Source: Magallana gigas
Lineage: Eukaryota
DNA: 64,000 nt
Reading direction: 5' to 3'
Assembly (NCBI RefSeq): GCF_963853765.1
Contig: NC_088858.1
Coordinates: forward strand, 35,526,001 to 35,590,000
A program made the translations under genes and the position numbers. Shown here in pieces: positions 35,701-46,175 of the stretch; the first letter of the stretch is position 1; each line of letters starts with the position of its first letter. Below the pieces are notes generated by a model. The model was not told the DNA's origin and ran no database searches. It was given only the letters and a program-made list of their open reading frames with translations.

Positions 35701-38700
35701 TAAAGTCAATAGAGGAGGCTAGACAAAGCATTTTATCCATAAAAATTAAAACATAAATCTAGTCCAAATCAATCAAATAAATGTAAATACATGTACATAA
35801 ATCAGTCAACTGACAACACAATTCATTGCAGCTCATAGTCTGTGCATACACAAAATATTGCTCAATAAATTGTTATATAACATGTACATGTATCCATCTT
35901 TTCATCAATAATTCATATTATCATCAGCCAATGGAATATCAAGGTGAAAGTATAGGCCTGTCTGTTCTTATGGCCATCCTTCATTAATAATTCAGTCTTG
36001 AAGCAAGCACAGAAACAAAGCAAAAACAATATTCCCCTGTATCAATTATTCACAAACTCCTTCAGCATTATCTAAAGAATTTCCTGTAAATTCTTTATTT
36101 ACAGAACACTAGAATTATTGCTGGGGGATAAAATTTATAAGCTTGATAATTTGCAAATACACTGTATCATACATACAGCAAAAAGGTAAGTGGCCAAGTG
36201 TATTTGTCAATATATCTGACTATCTGTCTTTTATGATGACTATCTGTCTTTTATGATAATTCATTAACAGGTAAGTTTTGCATGCATACATTTCAGATTC
36301 TCTCCCACTCATAAAAGAAAAGAGGATGGATATAATTGAAGTTGAAACCGCAGCATCTCAGCTAAATAAAGAGAGGGAAGACCCACAAGTACCAGTGCAT
36401 ACTAATTGTGATTCTGTGGAGAAAACATATGCTTATTTCCTTCCATGTGAGAAATCACAGGTATGGTGTCCAAGGGAAATATTTCCAGAGAACATAGCTT
36501 TTATTGACAGGAAGAAGAAATTCTGTAGGGAGAGAAAGTCACAAGAACTCTCCTATCCCAAATCTCTGGATGCTGAATTCATAAAAGATCCTCAACTATG
36601 CGAAGAAGTTTTTCAGCTTTCACTTTATCAGACAATCTTGTATGGGAGTTCCAACATTCATACAAGGTTTACAAAAGGATACACTGATCTTAGCTTCCAG
36701 ACCAAGATCAATAAAATCACAGTCAGTGACGAGCTTAAGAAATTCATGTCTGCTGTCAGCATTAAGTGCTCACAAATATTGAGAGATGTTGGCCTGCTTT
36801 GTGATTACATTGAACTTGATGCCGAGAAGGACTTCTTTGTTATGTCTCAAGGAAGCATGATCAATGTCAGAATCTCTGTCAATGTATTAAGTCTGTCTGA
36901 GGAGCCCCAGCCTTGGCAGACGGCAAAATCCGACTCAGAGGAAGAGCAGGATGATGTGAGGGATTATGGGTATTTGAAAATTTCCTCTAAGAGCACAAGA
37001 GACAATCAAAGAAAGAAATTGTCTATTAGTGACAAAACAAGTGTCAACAAAAACGAAGAACAAAATTACAAAGACCCAAGTACAATCAATGTTATGTTGA
37101 GTTTTAGAAACTGGATACCTGCAAAAGAAGTTTTTTTGAAATATATGATTGGCCTGGCAAACACTAACCATAACACTTATCTGTTGGTATGTCACCTGGG
37201 TCCTTTGGTAGAAATACCCAGAATTACCCTGTATCAGTACATGATGAGCAGTCAAGTACGAAAATTATGTAAGAATCAGAAAGAAGAAAAAAGTGCAGGT
37301 GAGGAAAATGAATTAAAGATGGAAGCACATGGAGAATTCATTTATAAAGACAGCAGTGATGAAGAATCAAATGACAGTTCACCAGAGATTGCTGTAGTTG
37401 AAACAACTGATTTCAAGTTTGTTACTGAGAAGAAAGAAGAGGATGCGAAGCGTAAACACAAGAAGGTCCAGATTGGAGGCCACACTATTTGTGAGACTCC
37501 AGTTCCTTCACAAGATTGCATGCAACAGATAGTGATCCCTGTAGAATCAGAGAGTAGTGATGAAGAGGAGGAACCTACTGCCAATGTAGAAGCAACAGAA
37601 GCTCAAGTAAATGAGGGGCACAGGAAAGAAAAGGATGACCATTTCCATAACAAAATGGAAGCAAATGAGGAGAGAGTCTATTCAAATTCTAGTTCAGATG
37701 AAAAAGTGCATGAAACAGTGAACAATGGGGCAGATGGAGGCATTGATTCATGCTCAGGTTCTATGGACCAATCACAACTGCTGAAACTGACAATGGAGGA
37801 AATCTGGCAACACTGGAGCAGAAATGAGGGGCAGTATGTGTACGCTGAAACCAAACTAAAGGAATGTCTGAGGAACTACATATATGACCTACCTCCTTTA
37901 CCCAGGAGAGTACCAAGGAGAGTGAAAAAGAAAACAGAGAAGAAATGATTACAAGCACACATAAGCTACTTGTCAACCAAATCAATGATATATAATATAG
38001 ATGTACTCTTTATACATGAATGTTCAAATAAAGTACATAATTTTTTTTTTGGCACCAAAAGTCTGTTTTCATGATTCAAATTTGTAACTTCAGTCGGCAG
38101 ATTTTAACCTTTTTGCATATTAAATGAACAACAAACAAAAAATCTGTGCATGGGTTTATTTTTGTTATTCTATAGAAAGATATTGAATATCAAAGTTATG
38201 AAGAAAAAAATCCTTGATAAAGTTCTGGTACCACTGATTTCATCAAAACTGTGTACAGTGTAATTACTACTCACCATATCTAGCCTGGTATTGGCCGACA
38301 AGCGTCGCTCAATTCTTCTGCCCACAGGTCCAGGAATGTCTATTTGTGTTATCTACAAAAAAGAATTGAAAACATGCAATCTCTGTTTTGCATTAAATTT
38401 TAAAAATCGCACACACATATTTATATGATTTCCATCAACAAGACAATAAAGTATATCAAAATTAAGACATTGTATGGATGTTTCAAATTTTATAAGTCAA
38501 GAAGTTTTTGATTTTATAGATCAATTATTACATTATCAAAATATAAAACAAACATGGATATGTACCTTTGGTTCCCAAACAGAAAGCTTTTCTAGTCTCT
38601 TCAATCCTTCCCCTAAGGGTGGTCTTTTAACAAAATAACCGTAGTCTAGTCTGGGTCTGTCAGGGTAGCTGGTCATTAGGAAATGATCCGAGAGGTAAGC

Positions 38701-41071
38701 TAAGCAGACAAAAGATTGAAATGTGTAAGCTAGTGCAAAATGTATATTATTTATTCTGTTATCAATTTTTATATCTTGTCTTTGAAGTTAAAGAAAATGC
38801 TGGTAATTGTTCTAGAATTTTCCTTAGAATGTGTACATTGTACTGGTACCAGCATTAACTCATAAATAATACAACTTGCTTATCAATTAAAAAAAAAAAG
38901 AAACAGTACTGTGATACATGTAAAAAGTATATTTCAAAATCAATGCTGTACTTTTAATTAGATGCTCATGCATTTTAGTTACCCTCACAGAGGTCTTATA
39001 ATATTACATTTCATTACATGTAAAATCATGGTATATAAACACAGAGTAATCCCCCTTACCATCAGACACCATCTCGGCACTGAATTTGCCCACCATGGAC
39101 TTGTCCAGGAATATCCTCTCTGTAGAACCACTGCTCCCACTGAGCACAAAACTCACTGCCACCATGTTACTCAGGACAAGCTGAAAGAAGAGATTTTACA
39201 GAATTTGCAGATATTTGTATGTAAGGTTGATGAGAGAAAGAACAGTTAGAAAAGATGTCTTCTCTGATCCTGCATTTAATTTGATTTCATCTCACCTGCA
39301 GCACTTGACGATTTCTCCATCTTATCTGAACTATTCTATGAACTTGCAATAAATCCTGCAATGATATTGATGTAAATTCTTAAGGAAAAAACAGTTTATA
39401 TTATTTAGAAAACATATACCTAAAGCAACATAAGATGCACATTTACTGAAAAAGTATTTATAATACTGAGGTACTTTTATTTGGAACTCATTTGAATTTA
39501 ATTTATTATGATTTTAATTTCATTTGTCTTGTGAACACTGACAATTTTTATAAAATCAAAGTTAGCCATTGTGTATATATATTGTCACAATAAAAATGAT
39601 ATTCATAATGGTGAAACTTGCCTCAACTTCTTTTAGCACATCTCTTAATTTTTCAGGTCTCTTGTTTCTTGGTGCCCATAAAACATCCCTCTCTGTTAAA
39701 ATATCAATGAAAGTATAGTTCAGCATCATTGGATATGCATGTACAATGTACTGTAATATGCAAGGTGATTAATGAAATACTGAACAATGAACTTTTGCTG
39801 CCTTATTTTGTATGCACTGCTAATATCATTCTCCTAGTATACTAGTACCATACTTGTACTGATGATGCATGTTGTGTAATCGTTCATGGCCCTATAATCA
39901 TAGAAGAGAACAACTATGCTTACCTTCATCAAAATGTTGCTTTTCTTCATTATATAGCTGATCTACAGATGCTGAAAAAATGAAATTAAATAATTTAATG
40001 ATTCTTCCTTGGTCTATAACGGCAATGACAGGATTCGCATAATATGGCTTATTGGGGCATTTTACAAAGTAGTTATCTTCAACTTCAAAGTATGTACTCA
40101 CTAAAATCAATTGTGGACATTTTATACATGTATTGGTGAGGAAACTATGTACAAAATTCCATTACAGTAAAAAATACTTGGTCCTTGTCATAATTTTCAA
40201 GAAAGTAATGAGCATAAGTTTTTGCATTTATCTATTGCCCCTTTTTGTATGATGCTTCAGAAAGAAACAATAAATCTGGGTTCAGTGTCAAAAGGAGGCA
40301 ATCTGACAGGCCAAGTTTGGAAAACAACAATCGAGGTTTATTATATAATAAATATTTTTCCCCAGCTACTAACCCTATTCAGATTTTTTTTAGATTGAAA
40401 TTTTCACATTCAAATTAAAAACATACTATTACTTAATTTTTGTCACAATAATACTTCATTTACTACATGTAATTATGTAATCGGATTAACAGGTGTGGGA
40501 CTGTCAGTCAATATATCAGGTCTCAATATATAGCTCGTTGGTTAGAGCGCAGGCACGGTACACCAGAGACCATGGGTTCGAGACCCTGTTGTAACATGAC
40601 TTTTCACCACCTGTTACATTTACAGTCTTATTTATTCAAGTGTAAAGAACCAGGAAATAAGAATTGGGATATTAAATAAAAAGCAATTGAATAACTGCAC
40701 TATAAGAATAAATACAAACCTGAATGTGTCTTGTCATGGTAAGTATGACAGCCAATTACTTCATCTGTTTTAATGAAATAATGTTTGACAAAAATTAAAA
40801 ATTGCAGACATGTCTCTTTGAAAGTATTTGTTTTTATTAAACTGTTAAAGATTAGAAGCTTTATATTAAACCATTTTATCATGTACTATGAATTGAAACC
40901 ACGAAAAAGTAGACAATAAGCTTTATCTTTTGTTGAGGGGAATACCAAAGAAAGCAATTTTTGCTTTTGATTACAATAATTAATACAAAGTAATTGTAAT
41001 TAATACTTGCCTGGAATGTACACTTTATCTTTTATTGACCAGATAAAGAATTCGGTCATACAAGTCACCAT
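29757..41071 (-). CDS. WDPCP: WD repeat-containing and planar cell polarity effector protein (fritz homolog), 26 coding exons
   Basis: Exons (high-low): 41071-41011, 40764-40720, 39971-39924, 39692-39622, 39355-39296, 39180-39060, 38699-38566, 38352-38275, 35443-35343, 35169-35107, 34980-34881, 34766-34659, 34524-34474, 33454-33383, 32972-32881, 32763-32662, 32475-32370, 32241-32127, 31802-31679, 31518-31455, 31367-31277, 31153-31065, 30958-30858, 30351-30224, 30029-30004, 29816-29757. All are phase-consistent. Diagnostic peptides: NKRPEKLRD, EAWPWSPMSSEKDRAN, LGTFYAP...ARRFFHHLLRY..FDKAFLLAVDIGARDLFMDIHY, and terminal VIHFGVV. Confidence 0.95.
33756..34246. mobile_element. TTAA-flanked MITE (Kolobok-like) in WDPCP intron 13
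   Basis: ttaaaggtcacgattttggtcaaa / tttgaccaaaatcgtgaccatgcccctttaa. The left TIR is shorter than the right. Confidence 0.6.
36326..37948 (+). CDS. Uncharacterised ~540-aa protein nested antisense in WDPCP intron 8
   Basis: 1.6-kb uninterrupted ORF in AT-rich DNA. Acceptor tttcag at 36296, candidate 5'UTR donor ag/gtaagt at 36185, and AATAAA at 38027. The N-terminal half looks globular and the C-terminal half is acidic and low-complexity. Confidence 0.75.
   Translation: MDIIEVETAASQLNKEREDPQVPVHTNCDSVEKTYAYFLPCEKSQVWCPREIFPENIAFIDRKKKFCRERKSQELSYPKSLDAEFIKDPQLCEEVFQLSLYQTILYGSSNIHTRFTKGYTDLSFQTKINKITVSDELKKFMSAVSIKCSQILRDVGLLCDYIELDAEKDFFVMSQGSMINVRISVNVLSLSEEPQPWQTAKSDSEEEQDDVRDYGYLKISSKSTRDNQRKKLSISDKTSVNKNEEQNYKDPSTINVMLSFRNWIPAKEVFLKYMIGLANTNHNTYLLVCHLGPLVEIPRITLYQYMMSSQVRKLCKNQKEEKSAGEENELKMEAHGEFIYKDSSDEESNDSSPEIAVVETTDFKFVTEKKEEDAKRKHKKVQIGGHTICETPVPSQDCMQQIVIPVESESSDEEEEPTANVEATEAQVNEGHRKEKDDHFHNKMEANEERVYSNSSSDEKVHETVNNGADGGIDSCSGSMDQSQLLKLTMEEIWQHWSRNEGQYVYAETKLKECLRNYIYDLPPLPRRVPRRVKKKTEKK
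40487..40619 (+). repeat. tRNA-cored short element with inverted ends in WDPCP intron 2
   Basis: taacaggtg (40487) / cacctgtta (40616). Inside: tagctcgttggttagagcg (A box) and gggttcgagaccc (B box). Confidence 0.55.
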
Positions 41072-41199
41072 AATGTTACGAGTTGATTGAAGTTAGCTTA
41101 ACACTTTAAAATACATCACATTCCTCAGATACAACCCAAAACATGGCACTTCTTGTCAGATTATTTTCTTCACGTAATTAAAAGCAAATTCGAACTTGT

Positions 41200-41275
41200 T
41201 TACTGTAAACCGGAAGTGGAGATCAGCTCTGAATAAGTCGTACAATAAGTTATTCCTGTTGCAACCGGTATGTAA
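41200..41275. promoter_or_regulatory. Candidate WDPCP promoter element
   Basis: ETS-type ccggaagt at ~41210, about 140 bp upstream of the WDPCP ATG. Confidence 0.3.
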
Positions 41276-42049
41276 AATACATGAAGATAAAAATTGGTAT
41301 ATATGCCGTTTGAAATGAAAATTTCAAAGGAAAGAAATGTTTTTAAACATCGCTAAAATGCCTTTAAAAAAACTTCAAGTTTATGACTGCATTTCGTAAT
41401 TTGTTCAATAAAAGTGCTTTATCAGTTACGTATATCGAGCATTACGTTCAACAGCATAAAAACTTTGAGCTCAACATACACTGAGGAAACAACAAGGAAA
41501 GATAGAAATTATCCTGCAATTGGTGACGATCATCAATTTTTTAAAATATAAAATGTACGAATGTGCGGTAAAATATTATTGCTAATAATATTATACTGTA
41601 GTACTAGTTGGCCATCGCCCCAAGTCTGTTAATTTTTTAATCATTCTTTGATTCATTCATAACAGGAGACCAAAAAAAAATCATTAAATAAAATAAGAAA
41701 ATGAGTATGTCGTACCATGTTCGGATAGAATTAATACATTCATTTTTCAAGTATTTTGAATTTATTCGATATTTTTTTAATATGCACCAAAATTAATCAT
41801 GCATTGATTATTAAATAAATATACTAATTAAATAGTAGATGAATATAATAAATTATATGTTTTTGTGGGGTTTTTTTTTTAAATTAAGTTTGGTGAAGTC
41901 GATCGATCATCATATACAGTATGACCAGTAATAACTTAACTTTTTCATTTCACTTAATTTTTACTTAAACAAGATGCAAGAAAATATTCGATTATCAGAA
42001 AAGGAACTCTTGGCTCCAACAACTCAATATATGCTATTAAACATTTCTT

Positions 42050-43100
42050 AAAGGCACTGGGAACTCATTTCCAATTCTTGGAATCTTTTTGAGCCTCAGT
42101 GATAAGGAAAATGGGGAAAACAAAATGACGGCAGATGTATGGAGGTGTAAAAGACTTATCAATGCATGTATTGATATTTTTATCGAATAATCTTATGCAC
42201 TTGTAGTTTCAGTCTCCGATCCATACTCAAGCTGCCAATATCATCCCTGGTAAAAAGAATTCAAAGTTGCAAAAGCCAGACTATAGTTCTCATGTTAAGA
42301 CGTTCTAAAGAAAAGAAGATCTATAAATTCAAACTGGAATAGAAATAAAGACGGGTAGGAAGTGGTCATCCAGTATTGCAGCCCACCAGGCAGAAAGCAG
42401 GCTTGAAATTTGCAGACATGGTTAGCCCAACAGCAGAGGGAAGACAACGACTAGAAAGTTGGATGAGAGTAACAGCACTGAGAAACGTGGGATCATCCGG
42501 TCAAAAATACATCAAATCGAAGAAGAAATAAGGAAGGCAAGGGCAACAGAAATGGGAAGCCAGTAATGCACATGAACAAGACAGACAACAACAGCTAGAG
42601 AGAAAGCTGAATTTGGGAAAGATCTGGCGGATGGAACGATTGGAACCACACCTTATTCAGTTCCTAATGATTAAGATCTGTGTATGATCTGCTACTATCA
42701 TTAACTATAGCTTTACAGAAAACATAGACGGTATAAAGCTATGTGAAAAAAGAGGCATTCTAGAACATGGTTTTTTTTTCATCTTGTAATGTTTTAGCAC
42801 ATGACAGGTACAGATGGAGACGTGACCAAGTAGAACCATTTTAACAAGACCTTGGATTTCGATAGGACATATCTTTTTCTTGCATCAATACAAGTTATAA
42901 ATGACGCTTGTTTTGAGTAAAATATGCATAGTTTGCGTAGTCCAGACAAATCTGGTTGGTTTTAAAGTGCAATGCCTGAGTGGCCAATAATGAAATAAAC
43001 AGGTGTACGTTTGACACAGCTCCCCTAAGTCGAAGCTCGTCCTAAAATGGTTCTATTTACAGAACGCATAGAAGAAATGACCCAACAGGCCTGCAGGAAA
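42050..43100 (+). mobile_element. Degenerate non-LTR retrotransposon fragment (HERO/NeSL-like, restriction-like-endonuclease type)
   Basis: Frameshifted peptides TGRKWS..AESRL, IEEEIRKARATEMGSQ, KIWRME...LIQFL...SVYDLL and LCEKRGILEH...RYRWR resemble the post-RT and zinc-knuckle region of this clade as I recall it (not database-checked). Confidence 0.55.
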
Positions 43101-44304
43101 TCCTCGAAACACAAATCCATCCTAGATTTCCCTGGAGGTGCATGTGTACCTTGGACAACGGCCGGTATTTCCATTCATCATTCTGACAATTTTCCGCCCT
43201 GATATCATTCTTCGGGGCAAAGATTCTCTATGAAGTTTACGATATTAAATATTGATTTGATGGTCTTGAATTATCTGAGTATAACACTTGGTATGATGAT
43301 TTTGAGATACATGTATTTCTTCTTTGGTCAGTTCTCTCTATCTTTTTTTTTGTGTTTCTTTACTAGCATTACATAGAAAATTCATCAATGAAATCAACTC
43401 TAGAAATATTTACAAGAAATGATGTCTGATGTTTATGGTGAATATTTTGATTTTGAATTTTTACAGCATTGGAAGTATGAGTTGGATTTTCCCACGCGTG
43501 GGTTACATGTTGATATCACATATAGAATGCTGAATCAAAACGCCCAATATCAATCTGATTCTGTCAAGGTCATGCTATTTAATATACATTATTATTAGAT
43601 GAACATTTTCAAAACATGATTGTATATTTAATGTTTGGAAAAATTTTGTCAAAGTTTTGCCGTTAGCGAAACTTGGGAAAATAGCATTGTTTATTAATTA
43701 AGGTTGCAATAAATACAGTAGATGCATCCACAATTAATAGCCTCTTTCAAAATGACATTCACAAAATGTGAAATAATTCATCTGTTTGTTATGATCGTCA
43801 GTTGCAGTATCGATTGGTCTTTGATTTGATGTATAATGAACTCTTTGCTTGAGTTTTTCGGTCGATTTTTTTGTTTCTCTATTATTTTAATCATCGGTTT
43901 TTGTTTACTCTTATCAATTAAAGATGCCATTCTTCATGGGAGTTATATTGATTTTATTGTCCTTGGAAAAAATATTTCCTGCGACGTAAATAAAATTAAC
44001 TGGGAACCAAACAATTTAATTCACATCTACATTAATATTGTACAAACAACTTCATCAACAATTGATACATTAAATAAATGCATACATGTACATAATGTAA
44101 AAGGCCATTACAATGCAATTTATGTAACTTTCCTCGTATACCTTTTGTCAATCATTTCAAATTTATTTCATTTTCATCATCAAAACTTCTTTACTTCAAT
44201 CTTCGCCCATATATTGCGTAATACTGAGTGTTGATTTGATTAATTCTGTCCGAGGTTGCAGAATATCCACCACGCCATTACTGTGACGTCATCTCCTACT
44301 TGTT

Positions 44305-44559
44305 CTAAGCTCGCCTGCTAGGTGGAGCTGTAGTTATCCGTGTGGAGACTGTATTTGCTGTGGTGGCGCGAGTGTTAGGTCGTGACCTCCAGGGTGGAGG
44401 GGATGGACCCACCCTTCGTTTGTCCGTCTCAGAATTACTACATCCGTTACCACAGCAACAACACCAACAAATGCAAATTAGTGAGATAAGTCCGATAAAA
44501 AATCCGAATCCGGCCAGCAGTCCGGTGAGCATGTCTCCCGACAGGAAGGTGTTGGTAGA
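44305..44559 (-). CDS. Terminal coding exon of a small single-pass membrane protein with a juxtamembrane Cys cluster; upstream exons unresolved
   Basis: Acceptor tttgtag at 44560. Translation STNTFLSGDMLTGLLAGFGFFIGLISLICICWCCCCGNGC...PSPPPW...stop. GC content is locally raised. Candidate upstream exons are 48321-48172 and an exon ending at 52384 (aag/gtaagt). Confidence 0.5.
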   Translation of the reverse strand, partial: STNTFLSGDMLTGLLAGFGFFIGLISLICICWCCCCGNGCSNSETDKRRVGPSPPPWRSRPNTRATTANTVSTRITTAPPSRRA

Positions 44560-45928
44560 CTACAAATAAAATAATGTATAGAAAAAATATAACGTATTTG
44601 ATATTGTCTTCTTACATTTATAAATATATATCAAAAGGTTATTCAAATCACGCATAATCTCAAAATAAAAGTGGGTTCAGAACGAACCATACGAATAAAC
44701 GTGTCATTATTTGAGCTGGAATGAACTAACAGTCATGCGATATGGATACAGAATTGGTAAGAATCATGAAGTTCCGGAGTACCTTTGTGGCTACAGCCTT
44801 TGAATCCCAATTAAAGCAGTTAAAATCAAGCCATACCAAATGATTAGTGGCAATTAAGTTTTAAAGGCTGTGGATCTTGTAAATCGTGTACTTCGCGACT
44901 TTATAAATACGATTCGATTCGTTGATCACACGGGAGATTATTTGTTTTGCAAAGGTTATAATTTTCGTTTACATTTGACGGTATCGCATTAAAAAGAATG
45001 AGTAAGAGCACGACATGAGGACTCTTTAATGAGAGAGTCTACAGATAACCGACTGCTGATCTGTATAGCTGTACGGAAATGTTTGGGCTTAACAAATCGT
45101 AAAGCTACATATGAATGAAGTCATTATCAATAACTTGCAATTCAAAATGTACTAGTACCATCGCTGGAATTCATTAAAAAAGTGCACCAATCTTGGGCTA
45201 TTTTCCCGTGTTTCTCAAAACATCTTATTTGAAACTTTTGATACCAAACTCTTTTATTAGAGATTTTAACACCGAGTTTATCTCTATATTTTGCACAAAT
45301 TATTGTAAACTTCGTATGTATATATACGGAATTGTTGCACTACGGTCTTTCAATCCTACATTTAATTTTTCCATTTAAGCTAAACTTCAGAAGATAAGAG
45401 AGTCGAGAATGATATTCACACGGCCTTGTAAAAATTTTTTGGTGGTTCCTTGGCTATTTTGCATTTACCAATTTAAGCCATACAGGTACTTGTACATGTC
45501 GTAAACAAGTATCAATGTCTGTATACATGTACTTAATTAAGAAATAAAACATTGGTTAAGTGAAGTTTGAAAGAATAATTCTTTGTTCATATACTTGTTA
45601 AAGCTTCGTTTGAAATTACTATTCTTTGACAGCAAGCCTTTGTTAAACCCCATGAATGATTTGATTCCCTAGCCTATATAGCTAGCGGTAAAATTCGACT
45701 TTGAATCTCGTGAAAGGATTTTGCCTGTGTAAAGAAACTACACTTGAAATATCTTCTGTTCAATTTCTGCTAAACTAAACTTCTACAGCGTGAAAAATGC
45801 ATACATTGTGCTCCATTTTGGATTTTTTAAATCAATTAATAAACATGCATGCACGATTAATTAATTTTTTTGTGATATGCATTTAAATGTTTTACACTTT
45901 TACATAAGAGAGTTCATTAGCTTAAACC

Positions 45929-46175
45929 TACTGTAAAATCATCATTGTTCGTGGGGGACAAATGTTCGTGGCTTTCGTGGGTTACCTTTGCACATGAATT
46001 CACATCCACTCGAACCTATTTACAATTTTATTTTAGTACTTATTTACAAAATAGAACTTTTTTTAGTACTTATTTACAAAATACTTGCTACGGACAAAAT
46101 TGCGTCCCCATGAACCAGGAAAACTTTGGCTACCCACGAACATTGACCCCTACGAATAAAAATGATTCCACAGTA
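45929..46175. mobile_element. TA-flanked MITE (Tc1/mariner type)
   Basis: tactgtaaaatcat...atgattccacagta inverted ends. Confidence 0.6.

Noticed and set aside
40531-40590. tRNA gene (also tRNA-like stretches at ~590-610, ~6860-6935, 24541-24598 and ~62520)
   Set aside because: A and B boxes are present, but I could not fold a complete cloverleaf with a paired acceptor stem. All are embedded in repeats.
43836-44234. 132-aa hydrophobic ORF
   Set aside because: AT-rich, low-complexity translation that lies antisense to the likely 3'UTR of the membrane-protein exon. There are no splice or motif clues.
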